From a virus, in IMG/VR virus record IMGVR_UViG_3300045391_003842, positions 32,001-96,000 of that record: 64,000 bases of DNA; one strand, written 5' to 3'. A program made the translations under genes and the position numbers. Under the pieces are notes generated by a model, which had not been told where the DNA came from, ran no database searches, and saw only the letters and a program-made list of their open reading frames with translations. Below are positions 1-9,164 of the stretch, in pieces (the first letter of the stretch is position 1; each line of letters begins with the position of its first letter).

Positions 1-425
1 AACCCGTGCATGAAATCGTACTTGGCCTTCATCTCGCGGTATTTCAGGAAGGCTTCGTACTCGGTCTCGGGCATCCCGATCGTGTCCAGCAGGTGGCTAT
101 AGGCCGCGATGTGGACGGTTTCGATGTTGGAGAAGGCTGACAACATCATCAGCACCTCCGTGGGTTTGAACACCCGCGAATAGTGCTTCATGTAACAGTT
201 GTTCACCTCGACATCCGCTTGCGTGAAGAAACGGAAGATCTGAGTCAGCAGGTTGCGTTCCGAATCGTTTAGCTTCTTACGCCAGTCCTGGACATCGTCG
301 GCGAGCGGCACTTCTTCCGGCAGCCAATGCACCTTCTGCTGGACCAGCCACGCTTCATAGCACCATGGGTAACGAAACGGCTTATAGACCGGGTTCTCGG
401 TCAACAGGCTGCACGGGCTGTTCAT
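1..425 (-). CDS. nrdB: Ribonucleotide reductase class Ia beta subunit (5' part, runs off window edge)
   Basis: Manual translation from ATG at 425: MNSPCSLLTENPVYKPFRYPWCYEAWLVQQKVHWLPEEVPLADDVQDW...FRFFTQADVEV...FSNIETVHIAAYSHLLDTIG. Contains the R2 motifs HWxPEEV, FFxxAD and ExxHxxxY. GGAG RBS upstream. Absent from the ORF track because it is truncated. Confidence 0.95.
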   Translation of the reverse strand, partial: MNSPCSLLTENPVYKPFRYPWCYEAWLVQQKVHWLPEEVPLADDVQDWRKKLNDSERNLLTQIFRFFTQADVEVNNCYMKHYSRVFKPTEVLMMLSAFSNIETVHIAAYSHLLDTIGMPETEYEAFLKYREMKAKYDFMHG

Positions 426-894
426 AGTCACTCCGGGGTAAATGCGACCGCGCAAACAGACTACCTGTTGTAGCCATCGTCAAGACAACATCCAAGATGT
501 AGCATAGTTCCTCGAACGAATCAGCGCGAACTGTCGCATGGCAGCGACAGGACTTCGGCACCGTGGTGCGCGGGAGCGCCGCCATCGCCGGGCTGAACCG
601 GAGCCCGTGCTTGTACTGGGTCGGCAGGCGCCAGAACATCGTGAAGCGGTTGACCATGTTGGCCGCCCGGTGCCCGTAGAGCCGCACCGATGTCTTTGCG
701 TCATGCACCGTCCTGATATGCACCACCGCAAGCTGATCGTTCGGATTGGAAGCGTGCTCCACGGTCACGGCGGCACCATGCCGCTCACCGATCCGTCTCA
801 AAATTCCGATCATGACCGGCCGGTGCTTGCGGCGAATCTCCAGCCATTGGTCAGGCTTCGCGCGGACGGCCGCCAGCGCGTTCTTCATGTCCAT
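382..894 (-). CDS. Hypothetical protein
   Basis: 170-aa ORF coupled to the upstream ORF and overlapping the nrdB start. Confidence 0.65.
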   Translation of the reverse strand: MDMKNALAAVRAKPDQWLEIRRKHRPVMIGILRRIGERHGAAVTVEHASNPNDQLAVVHIRTVHDAKTSVRLYGHRAANMVNRFTMFWRLPTQYKHGLRFSPAMAALPRTTVPKSCRCHATVRADSFEELCYILDVVLTMATTGSLFARSHLPRSDYEQPVQPVDREPGL

Positions 895-1067
895 CAGTCG
901 GTATCCATCAGCAAGACGCAGAGCACCGTAGCGGCGCCCATCGCCAGAAGCACCACGATCGAAGCCGCTATGCCGAACGCCTGGAACGCCGCTGATGTCA
1001 GCACGAACAGCTTCAACACCAGGGCGAGGATGACCAGGATGGCCATCGCGCAGAGCCAGTATGTCAC
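894..1067 (-). CDS. Small membrane protein (2 TM)
   Basis: GTG start overlaps the previous stop. Hydrophobic: VTYWLCAMAILVILALVLKLF... Confidence 0.6.
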   Translation of the reverse strand: MTYWLCAMAILVILALVLKLFVLTSAAFQAFGIAASIVVLLAMGAATVLCVLLMDTD

Positions 1068-1216
1068 AGCCGCGGTTTCTGCGGACCGGCCAGGACCACG
1101 GACACCACGTATGCCTGCCCGCTCAGCAGGATGACGGCGAGCCACAGGCCGACCAGCTTCCATGCGGCGGCGGAGATCAACAGGGCGACGATGACGTAAC
1201 ACGCAAGCGCTCCCAT
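1064..1216 (-). CDS. Small membrane protein
   Basis: TGATG coupling. MGALACYVIVALLISAAAWKLVGLWLAVILL... Confidence 0.6.
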   Translation of the reverse strand: MGALACYVIVALLISAAAWKLVGLWLAVILLSGQAYVVSVVLAGPQKPRL

Positions 1217-1323
1217 CACAGAACCAGCGCCGCGAGGACGCCGGCCGCCATGCCCATGATGAAAACCACCACCACGAGCCAAACGATAGCCGTGCCGGCT
1301 CCGTCGAACATATTAGGGTCCAC
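1216..1323 (-). CDS. 35-aa single-TM peptide
   Basis: AAGGAC RBS then GTG. VDPNMFDGAGTAIVWLVVVVFIMGMAAGVLAALVL. Too short for the ORF track. Confidence 0.55.
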   Translation of the reverse strand: MDPNMFDGAGTAIVWLVVVVFIMGMAAGVLAALVL

Positions 1324-1374
1324 GGTCAAAGTCCTTCGTGCGTTTGAGGATGTAGAGATGGAAGCAACGAGCGC

Positions 1375-1713
1375 TCAATCCTTGGACTCATCGTGAGCGC
1401 CGTATTCTGCGGCATATAAACGTGCCTCCATCTCCTGCACCATCTCGTCTGACGGAAACACGCGCCAAGCTTCATCAGGCTTGCCAGACCAACACGCCCA
1501 TAGCTCATAACCGATCGGCAGTCGGCGCAACTCGAACTGGGGCGCCTCGAAGGTGTCCTTCGTCATGTCGAAATCGGGGATGTTCGGCCCCTGCGCCATA
1601 ACGATCAGGTGCTTGCCTTCGGCCGCCACCATGAAGGTAATAGTTGAGTCGGGAGGAAGACCCAGTATGCGAGGCAGAATGGACTCGGCGAACATGATAC
1701 GGACGTGGCCCAT
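1375..1713 (-). CDS. Hypothetical protein
   Basis: 112-aa ORF with GGAGA RBS, in operon. Confidence 0.65.
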   Translation of the reverse strand: MGHVRIMFAESILPRILGLPPDSTITFMVAAEGKHLIVMAQGPNIPDFDMTKDTFEAPQFELRRLPIGYELWACWSGKPDEAWRVFPSDEMVQEMEARLYAAEYGAHDESKD

Positions 1714-1715
1714 GG

Positions 1716-2021
1716 CTATTTCTCCCGAACAATGTGGACGATTTGCAGCTTGGTCCCAGGGCTAACCATGCTGCGCGCCAATATGATAGCCTCGGCGGAA
1801 GCCAGGGCGTTGCCCTGCATCGCCATCTCATAGTCCTGCATGGCGCCTGTGTCGGAAACCTCTACCTCTACTCGCACCTGCAAGCGCATCTCGGCGACGG
1901 CATGGCCCTTAGTTGCGCTGGTCCAAAAGTGGATCAGAAAGCGCATCGTGATATGCCTCTCAGGTTCGGACCGGAGCGGCTTTTCAGAAGCGCCAAGCAT
2001 GGCCCGCCACGCTCGCGTCAT
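1716..2021 (-). CDS. Hypothetical protein (start uncertain)
   Basis: In-operon ORF with tight spacing. Confidence 0.55.
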   Translation of the reverse strand: MTRAWRAMLGASEKPLRSEPERHITMRFLIHFWTSATKGHAVAEMRLQVRVEVEVSDTGAMQDYEMAMQGNALASAEAIILARSMVSPGTKLQIVHIVREK

Positions 2022-2023
2022 GG

Positions 2024-2593
2024 CTAGTGCGACTCCTTCTTGAATCCAGGGACGGTGGAAGCGATGGCCCGATTGACCGAGTCGTAACGCGTGCCGAACA
2101 CGATCGGGTTGCGCGTCACGGGGTGAATCCGAACCCGTTCCATGCCATGCTGTTTGACCAGAAGCGCGAAGCCCATGCGTTCCTCCCAGACTTTCAGCGC
2201 CTTGAAGTCCGGGGAGTAGACGACATCGCCTTCGCTACATTGGTACGCCAGGGTTTCGATCGCATCGAAGCATCTCGCAGCGCGGTCAACCGTGGCGATG
2301 ATCGGGACAACGCCAGCCTCGAACGACTGCGCATCCTTGAAGATGCCGTGCGGCCCAGGAAGGTTCATCGGGTTGTCCTGGCAGTCAGGATAGGCCTGCA
2401 TGACGGCTTCGATGTTGAGCGTGAACAGGCGCCGGCCAAGCCGGGTCGCGGCTTTGTGGGTGTTGACGCGCTCGCCCAGGAACCATTCGCTCAGGAAGAC
2501 TAGCCCCCTGATCGGGCTTTCAACGGTCCATTGGCCGCAGATGCCATGCACGACTTTCTGCATGGTAGAAAGGTCAACGACAAAAGCCGACAT
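2024..2593 (-). CDS. Hypothetical phage protein
   Basis: 189 aa. AAAGGACTC RBS and a promoter directly upstream. Confidence 0.75.
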   Translation of the reverse strand: MSAFVVDLSTMQKVVHGICGQWTVESPIRGLVFLSEWFLGERVNTHKAATRLGRRLFTLNIEAVMQAYPDCQDNPMNLPGPHGIFKDAQSFEAGVVPIIATVDRAARCFDAIETLAYQCSEGDVVYSPDFKALKVWEERMGFALLVKQHGMERVRIHPVTRNPIVFGTRYDSVNRAIASTVPGFKKESH

Positions 2594-2627
2594 CTTCGAG
2601 TCCTTTCGTTTCGTTTGTTATGTGGCT

Positions 2628-2656
2628 TTTATAGCTGCCACTTTTTAAGCTGTCAA
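2628..2656 (-). promoter_or_regulatory. Early-type sigma70 promoter, copy 1
   Basis: TTGACA-gcttaaaaagtggcagc-TATAAA, 17-bp spacer. Confidence 0.85.
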
Positions 2657-2925
2657 TCTAAAACAACGTAAAACGGATTCCTGACTTGCGAGGATTGCAC
2701 TACAAAAGCGCAGCACTTCCGCGTGGAATTCACGTCATCTATCCTAACCGCCGTGTCAGGCGGAACACTGCCACTGCGTATGTGCTCACCGACCGCATCC
2801 CGCAGTGCTCCCAGGACTTTGACTCTCAGGAGATTATCCAACGGGGTGTGTCTGAACTTCTCAAGATCACGAAGTATTTGCTGCCACAATTCTGGCGAAA
2901 AATTCTCGTGCTGAAAGTCAACCAT
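2653..2925 (-). CDS. Hypothetical protein
   Basis: 90-aa ORF coupled to its neighbour. Confidence 0.6.
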   Translation of the reverse strand: MVDFQHENFSPELWQQILRDLEKFRHTPLDNLLRVKVLGALRDAVGEHIRSGSVPPDTAVRIDDVNSTRKCCAFVVQSSQVRNPFYVVLD

Positions 2926-3314
2926 TATCGTGTCTCGTTGATTGACTTGAACTCCGCCATCATCCGATAGAAGTTCTCTTGCGGGATGGACACGGTCTCC
3001 ACGCGCGGGCCGTGGGTGGAACCGCCGTACTTGCGCAGGAGCGCATTTATCGCGTCGCGTTGCTTCGCCTCCCGCAGCAGGAGAACGGCCGCAAGCTGAG
3101 CCTGCGTCTTCGGGTCATCGCTGACCGGGAAGCGGACCACGTTCGACTCGTACGCCGGCTGGAGCGACAGCAGCCAGCGCTTGGCATTGCCCCAGTAGCC
3201 GGATTCAACGCAGAGCGGGGCGCCGTTGCTGTCTTCGCTGGCGTCAATGATCGCCTTCCGAAGCGCGTTCACGCCCGCGTCGAAAGCGGCGCGAAGTGGA
3301 TCCACACCGCTCAT
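2925..3314 (-). CDS. Hypothetical protein (start MSGVDP)
   Basis: ATGA overlap with the upstream stop. GAAGG RBS. Confidence 0.6.
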   Translation of the reverse strand: MSGVDPLRAAFDAGVNALRKAIIDASEDSNGAPLCVESGYWGNAKRWLLSLQPAYESNVVRFPVSDDPKTQAQLAAVLLLREAKQRDAINALLRKYGGSTHGPRVETVSIPQENFYRMMAEFKSINETR

Positions 3315-3670
3315 GCCGCCTTCTCCGTGGTGTCCTCTGCGCAGCGGATGAGCACCTGATCCTGCACGCACTTGGGCAGATCGGCCCAACGGATGCGGCG
3401 GTGCGAATTGGCCATCCGCTGGCGATAGCCGGCTGCCTGATGCGCCGGCATCTCGCCCCGGTGAGAGGCGCCGTGCTCGCTGCACCCGACGTAGGATATC
3501 CAGGTGTTGCTATAAGTGCCATCCGCCACAGACGACATCGCCGTGGTGAGCATGATCGTGTAGCGGTCACCTTCGCCTGGATCGTCAAAGACGTCCAGGA
3601 CATAGTCAGGCGCACCGACAAGCCAGCGCCGAAGCGTGGCCCGTCGTGGCGTGTACAACGAGCGCTGCAT
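3311..3670 (-). CDS. Conserved-type phage hypothetical protein (start MQRSLY)
   Basis: GGAGG RBS. DRYT...RIRWADLP motif seen in phage early proteins. Confidence 0.7.
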   Translation of the reverse strand: MQRSLYTPRRATLRRWLVGAPDYVLDVFDDPGEGDRYTIMLTTAMSSVADGTYSNTWISYVGCSEHGASHRGEMPAHQAAGYRQRMANSHRRIRWADLPKCVQDQVLIRCAEDTTEKAA

Positions 3671-3671
3671 G

Positions 3672-4028
3672 TCAGTCCTCCACGCCCAGGTTAAGCAGGT
3701 CCAACACCTCATCCGCGGCGGCCGGGCCAAGCAGGGCCGCCAAGCTGGCATAGCGGTCCTTGGTGACGTTGCCGCTGGGTTCAGGCTTGGACGCCTCGGC
3801 GCCGATCCCTTCAATGACACGGACCGCGATGCCGTCCTTGCCCTGCTCGCCTTCCACCCACCAGGGCGTCTGGCCAGCGTACCGCGTACCATCGGCGCTG
3901 ATGCTGATGGACGTCACGGCGCGATCGGTGCGGTCCTTCAGACCCACACGGATGTTGATGATGCAACCGGGCGCTTCGATGTGCAGAAGCTTGTCGCGCG
4001 ACTTCTCGGTTATGCTGATGTTGGCCAC
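3672..4028 (-). CDS. Hypothetical protein (GTG start)
   Basis: RBS and promoter upstream. Confidence 0.65.
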   Translation of the reverse strand: MANISITEKSRDKLLHIEAPGCIINIRVGLKDRTDRAVTSISISADGTRYAGQTPWWVEGEQGKDGIAVRVIEGIGAEASKPEPSGNVTKDRYASLAALLGPAAADEVLDLLNLGVED

Positions 4029-4066
4029 AGTCCTAAGTCCTTTCGTCTGTTCTTGTTGACATGGCA

Positions 4067-4095
4067 TTTATAGGTGACAGATTTTAAGCTGTCAA
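4067..4095 (-). promoter_or_regulatory. Early-type sigma70 promoter, copy 2
   Basis: TTGACA-gcttaaaatctgtcacc-TATAAA. Confidence 0.85.
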
Positions 4096-4367
4096 CCGGA
4101 AAGAGTGACCGAAACCTCTTCCTCCAGCCATTTCCTGTAGGACTCGTATTGGCCTTTGACAAATGGGATGGCCGGCTCGTTGTGCTCCGCCAGGAACCGG
4201 TGCACCATCCTGGTGTTCCACAGCAGGAATCCGCACATGATGCCGCCGGGCCACCGTAGCCGGTCGCGCTCCAGCATCCCGTTAGGATCGTGCCCGTGGA
4301 ATCGGGCATAGCTCACATAGACCGGATTGAAATCCAGCGGCAGCTTACCGCAAGGATCGCTGTTCAT
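4092..4367 (-). CDS. Hypothetical protein
   Basis: 91-aa ORF with ATGA coupling. Confidence 0.65.
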   Translation of the reverse strand: MNSDPCGKLPLDFNPVYVSYARFHGHDPNGMLERDRLRWPGGIMCGFLLWNTRMVHRFLAEHNEPAIPFVKGQYESYRKWLEEEVSVTLSG

Positions 4368-4744
4368 GACACGGGCGTCCTGGTGATGGCCTGAAGCTTG
4401 ACCATCTCGTTATACTTGCGAGTGCAATTGCCCTCACGCACCATCAGATAGCCGAACGATTTGGCGCACCCGTCGTTGCAAAAGTATTGGCTTTCGTAGG
4501 TCACGCCGTCCCACACGCCGAACCGTGTTATATGGCGTTCCGGCTCGGGCCAGTAGCGCACGGAGACCACCTGAAACTCCGTGTATTGCTCGCAATCGGT
4601 CTTGGTCTTCAGGAAGGTGTCAGGCGTGATGCTGTCCTTCATGGCGGATGGCGGGCTGCCAGGATCGCGCACATAGATGGAGGTGACGCGCTTCGGAATG
4701 GCATTGCCGCAATGGCGGCAGAGAGGTGGAAGTTTTTCAGGCAT
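4364..4744 (-). CDS. Cys-rich hypothetical protein (CxxC ... FCxxxC)
   Basis: 126 aa with a putative Zn-binding pattern. Confidence 0.65.
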   Translation of the reverse strand: MPEKLPPLCRHCGNAIPKRVTSIYVRDPGSPPSAMKDSITPDTFLKTKTDCEQYTEFQVVSVRYWPEPERHITRFGVWDGVTYESQYFCNDGCAKSFGYLMVREGNCTRKYNEMVKLQAITRTPVS

Positions 4745-4996
4745 TTACTCTTCCTTTATTTCAACGCCCCAAATCGTTGTCGTGCCTTGTCTCTCGTTGT
4801 GGTTGTCCATCAGCAGAAGATGAGGCGAGTTGCGGATAACGGCTTTAAGTTTCTCCAGTTCGCCTTTCTTCACCGTGATGGATAACGGGTGATCAAGACC
4901 GCAGATGCTGAACTGATCCATCAGGTTGACCACAGCCGTGGTAACCCGCGAGTCGGCGGGCGCGCCCTGGATCACGCGGGTTGCCGGCTTGGCCAT
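4745..4996 (-). CDS. Hypothetical protein
   Basis: Start MAKPAT coupled to the upstream stop. Confidence 0.6.
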   Translation of the reverse strand: MAKPATRVIQGAPADSRVTTAVVNLMDQFSICGLDHPLSITVKKGELEKLKAVIRNSPHLLLMDNHNERQGTTTIWGVEIKEE

Positions 4997-5775
4997 CAGA
5001 CGATAACCTTTGTTTGGGTGATGTCGATATAGCACCGCGCGTGGCCGTAGTATTCCTGGAGCGGTGCCAGGACATCGTCAATGTTGTCCTTGGTGACGGG
5101 CAAGAACTTCATGTCGGAAAGCGTCTGCCTGGAGGCGGCAACCATGGTCTCCGCCAGTTTAACGGCTTCCGCCTCGGCGGTGCTCGCGTCGCGGTAGACC
5201 TTGTTAATAGCGCTGCCTGGATTGTTCGGGTGGTCCGCTGTCAGGACGTAGACGGACTCCGCCGTCGCCCGCGACTCGAGCCATTGGACCAGGTACGGGA
5301 TCAGTAGCTCCGGGCGCGTCGCGGGATCGGCCTTGAACGTGTAGTCGTCGGGCAGGATGCCGCGCCGTTTCATCTCCCGCCCGATTTGGAGCCGTGCGAC
5401 TCGCTCCACCTCCCGCGTGACCATGTTGTACGTATTGTGGGCAAACAGCCGGTTGACCAGTTCCACAAGCCCCATCTGCGCCAAGCGCTCATCAACCTTG
5501 CTCAGCCGCTCAACCACGATATTGTGCTCGTCCACCACGACGCCGTCTCTGGGCAGCGTGGCGACGTAGACCGTGGTGAACATGCCGCGCTCGGGATCGG
5601 TGGGGTACCCGGAGTCCTCGGCCGCCTTGAACGCGCCACGGAACACGGCGCCGGGCGTGCTGTCCTGCACAGCGCATACCTCGGCGATGTCCGCGAGCCG
5701 GCGCAGCTTGCCAGCGGTCAACCCTCCAGGGAGGTACGCGGCATCTTCCTCGGCGGGGTTTACGATCCTATGCAT
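4996..5775 (-). CDS. Hypothetical protein
   Basis: 259 aa, AAAGGACTC RBS. Its C-terminus resembles the 11071..11337 protein (both end in CY(I/V)xI). Confidence 0.75.
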   Translation of the reverse strand: MHRIVNPAEEDAAYLPGGLTAGKLRRLADIAEVCAVQDSTPGAVFRGAFKAAEDSGYPTDPERGMFTTVYVATLPRDGVVVDEHNIVVERLSKVDERLAQMGLVELVNRLFAHNTYNMVTREVERVARLQIGREMKRRGILPDDYTFKADPATRPELLIPYLVQWLESRATAESVYVLTADHPNNPGSAINKVYRDASTAEAEAVKLAETMVAASRQTLSDMKFLPVTKDNIDDVLAPLQEYYGHARCYIDITQTKVIV

Positions 5776-5874
5776 TGTTTCGAGTCCTTTTCGTCAGAAT
5801 GTCGGGTTTGCCAGAGGGTCAGGCGCGTTCCTCAGAGCGTTGACTGACAACCGTCAATCAACGCCCGAGTCGTG

Positions 5875-6654
5875 TCAATCCGCGCTGGCCGTCCGCGCCT
5901 TCACCGCGCGCTCCGTGGCACGGTCAAGCACGCTTTCCTTGAGCACGGCCGCGTAAAGCGTGGACGCCGTCTCCAGTGACATGGTGAAGGTGCGGGGAAT
6001 GTTGATGATGCCGTTATAGTCAACGATGAAACCAGGAAGGTTGACGTCCTGACCCATGCCCAGCACGATGGAGTCGCCGCGATTGTCGTACCGCTTCATG
6101 CCAGGGTGGCGGCGCAGAAGTTCGATCGCCGTGGCCTTCTGTTTTTCGATGCCGGCGTGCGTCTCGTCCAGCTTGGCGCGGACCAGCGGCAGGATTTCCT
6201 GAGTCGGCACCGCGACTCGCTTCCAGAACTCCGTCGCGATCTTGGCCGAATCTTTCTCGGCCCGCTCCAGGGTGACGGAGGCTTTCAGATCGGGCGCACC
6301 GTTGGCAGCCCGATACTCGTAGCTCAGGAAATCGCGCAGGGGGTGATAGGCGCCATGGCCTGACAGAGTCGGCTTCAGCGGCGGGATGTAGCTGATGTCC
6401 AACTTGGTGTACGGGTGGCTGATGCTGATCAGAAAGCGGCCCAGATCGCCGTCCGTCACGGTCGCCCGGCAATCCATCTTCGACTCGGGCTCATCGCTCG
6501 GCGGCACCACGGTCCAGGGACCGAACCCCACCCGGCTATTGGTGCGATCATCAAAGACGTTCCACTGCACCGTCAGGTCATATGCGAACTTGCGCACAAA
6601 TGAGGTGCGCATACGATTCGCCTCGTTGTAGTCCAGAGTCCGATGGTTTTGCAT
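5875..6654 (-). CDS. Hypothetical protein (start MQNHRT)
   Basis: AAAGGAC RBS upstream of the ATG at 6654. Promoter upstream. Confidence 0.75.
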   Translation of the reverse strand: MQNHRTLDYNEANRMRTSFVRKFAYDLTVQWNVFDDRTNSRVGFGPWTVVPPSDEPESKMDCRATVTDGDLGRFLISISHPYTKLDISYIPPLKPTLSGHGAYHPLRDFLSYEYRAANGAPDLKASVTLERAEKDSAKIATEFWKRVAVPTQEILPLVRAKLDETHAGIEKQKATAIELLRRHPGMKRYDNRGDSIVLGMGQDVNLPGFIVDYNGIINIPRTFTMSLETASTLYAAVLKESVLDRATERAVKARTASAD

Positions 6655-6689
6655 TTTCAAGTCCTTTCGTCTCGTGTTCTTATGCGTCA

Positions 6690-6718
6690 CTTATACATGC
6701 CAAACTTTAAGCTGTCAA
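6690..6718 (-). promoter_or_regulatory. Early-type sigma70 promoter, copy 3
   Basis: TTGACA-gcttaaagtttggcatg-TATAAG. Confidence 0.85.
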
Positions 6719-6845
6719 CAGGGTAAATAAAAAAATCCCCCACAATCACTAGATCGTAGGGGATAAGTTGAAAGGACTCGATTCGCCTGGAATCGAAACA
6801 CCAGACGATGGAGCTAACTTAGGGCCTGTGGATAACCAAAGCAAC

Positions 6846-7151
6846 TCACAACAGACCGAGTATCCGAATTGCAATCCAGACAACAGTGATGGCCGGCAAG
6901 AAACTGGCCATGAAGCTGAAGGTTGAAAAGAATACCACGTCAAACATCGTGGGGCGACGGATGCGGCCCCAGACGTCACGTTGGATACCGCAGCCCATCA
7001 GATAGGTGAGCACCGCGATCGGCACGATGGGCAACCCCAGCGTGCGATAGGCGATCAAGCCGGCGCAGAACGATACCGGAGTCATGGCCGTCAGCGCGGT
7101 GCAGACCATGTTGGAATACTTCACAGCGGAACTACTCTTGCCACGTAACAT
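6846..7151 (-). CDS. Membrane protein
   Basis: 101 aa with several hydrophobic segments. Confidence 0.6.
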   Translation of the reverse strand: MLRGKSSSAVKYSNMVCTALTAMTPVSFCAGLIAYRTLGLPIVPIAVLTYLMGCGIQRDVWGRIRRPTMFDVVFFSTFSFMASFLPAITVVWIAIRILGLL

Positions 7152-7278
7152 CTCATGTACTCCATACGTTGCTGCATAGCAACAGCGTCAGCGCGTTGCA
7201 TATGACGGTCGCGGTGCGTGCCGTCCAGCACGCGATACCAGCGGTCGCCGATCCATAGCTCGAGTCCATAAAATTGGA

Positions 7279-7605
7279 TCATGACGCGAGCGCGTAAGCT
7301 GGGGCGGAAACGGCGGGCGTGATGTCGGTGTGCGCGGTGCGGAGCGCATCGCCCGCGTCAGCCCGGCTCAGGAACCGCTCAGGCAGGGCCAGCCCATCCG
7401 GCGTGGTGGCGCGCCAGAGGAAGTTGGCGGATGCGTGCACGCGCTCATTGGTCACCGTGACGTGCCCGATAACCGTGTTGTCGATCAGGCTGACGCGGTA
7501 GCCGGTCGCCTTGCTGCCGAAGTAGGCAAGCCCAGTCGGATCACGCGTCAGCCTGGGGAAGTTGGGAGCGCTCGCGGCGCGTGCCCGTTGCAGTCGGTTC
7601 GACAT
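7279..7605 (-). CDS. Hypothetical protein
   Basis: 108-aa in-operon ORF. Confidence 0.6.
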   Translation of the reverse strand: MSNRLQRARAASAPNFPRLTRDPTGLAYFGSKATGYRVSLIDNTVIGHVTVTNERVHASANFLWRATTPDGLALPERFLSRADAGDALRTAHTDITPAVSAPAYALAS

Positions 7606-7647
7606 GGCATAGCTCTTAGGTTGATGGTGGATAGAACGAAAGGCGGA

Positions 7648-7776
7648 TCAGGCGATGAGAAGGATCACGAGCAGTGCCGCGCCAACACCTCCCTGAATGT
7701 CCCGACTGCCGCCCCAGGTTCCCAGCGCGACAAACAGGAGCATCAGAAAGACGATGACGGAGACGGTGCGGGCCAT
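7648..7776 (-). CDS. 42-aa 2-TM peptide
   Basis: MARTVSVIVFLMLLFVALGTWGGSRDIQGGVGAALLVILLIA. Fills the gap after the 7780 ORF. Confidence 0.55.
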   Translation of the reverse strand: MARTVSVIVFLMLLFVALGTWGGSRDIQGGVGAALLVILLIA

Positions 7777-7779
7777 GGC

Positions 7780-8058
7780 TCAGCCCCCTGCGGCGCGCAG
7801 CATGGCCGCCGCGTCGGCGTAGGACGGCGCCGGGCCAAGCAGGGATATCGGGGTGTATCCAGGGCCGTAGCACTCTTCACACTCCAGCCGGTCGCAGTCC
7901 TCATTGGCCCACAACGCGTTTTGGAGTTCGGTATACCATTCATCGGCGTTGATGATCGGCCCGGCGAGTCGCGCCGGCTTCGCGTCCAGGTCGTTGATAT
8001 GGACCACGCGCTGGCAGCAGGCGCACCGGCCGTGATCTAAAGGAAGGCCTTCGGCCAT
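7780..8058 (-). CDS. Zn-finger-like hypothetical protein
   Basis: CxxC ... CxxxxCxxC. RBS and promoter upstream. Confidence 0.65.
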   Translation of the reverse strand: MAEGLPLDHGRCACCQRVVHINDLDAKPARLAGPIINADEWYTELQNALWANEDCDRLECEECYGPGYTPISLLGPAPSYADAAAMLRAAGG

Positions 8059-8095
8059 TGTCTTGGAGTCCTTTCGTTGCTTTGCTTATAAGTCA

Positions 8096-8124
8096 CTTAT
8101 ACGTGCCAGTTGCTAAGCTGTCAA
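8096..8124 (-). promoter_or_regulatory. Early-type sigma70 promoter, copy 4
   Basis: TTGACA-gcttagcaactggcacg-TATAAG. Confidence 0.85.
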
Positions 8125-8131
8125 CGCCTTT

Positions 8132-8350
8132 CTACCGGTCGCGGTAGAGTCCAACTCCTTTGACAATTAGCAACACGCAAAGCGGGATCATGATCATCAT
8201 CAGTACCATTCCCTGAGACGATTCCACTTTACTGGATAGCTCCCAGTCCACGGTAAATATAACCATCAGCATGGAAAATAGAATGAGGAACGCGGCACCC
8301 GCCAAGATAAAGAGGATGCCGGTTTGCCGGGTGTCGGTCCTGCGGGACAT
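8132..8350 (-). CDS. Small 2-TM membrane protein
   Basis: 72 aa with two hydrophobic helices. Confidence 0.65.
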   Translation of the reverse strand: MSRRTDTRQTGILFILAGAAFLILFSMLMVIFTVDWELSSKVESSQGMVLMMIMIPLCVLLIVKGVGLYRDR

Positions 8351-8352
8351 GG

Positions 8353-8868
8353 CTATTTGCCCTTGGCGATGCGCTGGAGCGCCGCATACGCCGTGCCATC
8401 CCAGAACAACCCGCCGATCTTCGGGTTCTCATGCGCCTGCACGCCCGGCAAAGGCTCACCCATGAAAACCGCATGGCTCCACAAGGTGTAAATCATGGAA
8501 CGAGCGCAGTCGTTACGGGCGTTTCCCGTCAAGCGCTCGGCGACTATTTGGTCCAGGGTCTTTTGCGCCGCATCCCGCAGGCGTTGCGCGTTGGTCGGCG
8601 CGGTCGGCTCAAACTCATGGGCCACCTGCCCAGGGGGCAAGAGGTGCACAGCGTCAGGGTCTTTGTCCGAGTCGACGTGATCCATGATCACAACCGAGAC
8701 GCCAGTTTCCGCGCTATGGTCCAGGAACACTTCAGATTGGCCCACGTAGAAGCTGATGAAACTCTCGCTCTGAACCACGTGGACAGGGATGGCGCTCGCC
8801 TTATCCAAAGGGTTCTGCCATGTGGGCAGGCTCAGGGTGGCGATGAGTGTACCGGCGATGGATGCCAT
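8353..8868 (-). CDS. Hypothetical protein
   Basis: 171 aa, AAGGACTC RBS. Confidence 0.7.
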   Translation of the reverse strand: MASIAGTLIATLSLPTWQNPLDKASAIPVHVVQSESFISFYVGQSEVFLDHSAETGVSVVIMDHVDSDKDPDAVHLLPPGQVAHEFEPTAPTNAQRLRDAAQKTLDQIVAERLTGNARNDCARSMIYTLWSHAVFMGEPLPGVQAHENPKIGGLFWDGTAYAALQRIAKGK

Positions 8869-8909
8869 GGATAGAGTCCTTGCTGTGTGAGGTGAAACGA
8901 AGGCGCCGA

Positions 8910-9098
8910 TCAGTCCTCGAAGTCGGTTGCGCCGACCACGTCGCCGTGCCTGTTCAGCAACGGTTCGTAGACGTGAAACCCGCTGCCGTCGTATTCATCA
9001 GCCAGTTCCCGCAGGACACGGCAAACGTCTTTGGTGCCGATATCGTCCGCGATGTCTTTGTCAACATTCATGCGGATAGTGATGCAGACCATGGCCAT
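8910..9098 (-). CDS. Small hypothetical protein
   Basis: AAAGGACTC RBS, promoter upstream. Confidence 0.6.
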   Translation of the reverse strand: MAMVCITIRMNVDKDIADDIGTKDVCRVLRELADEYDGSGFHVYEPLLNRHGDVVGATDFED

Positions 9099-9135
9099 GT
9101 CGGAGTCCTTTTCGTTCTTGGTTGATGGTTTGGCA

Positions 9136-9164
9136 CTTATACGTGACAAACTTTAAGCTGTCAA
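9136..9164 (-). promoter_or_regulatory. Early-type sigma70 promoter, copy 5
   Basis: TTGACA-gcttaaagtttgtcacg-TATAAG. Confidence 0.85.

Noticed and set aside
6655-6690. N-terminal 'MTHKNT.RKD' shared by ORFs 5875..6690 and 10023..10442
   Set aside because: This is translation of the repeated promoter-RBS cassette. The real starts lie downstream of AAAGGAC.
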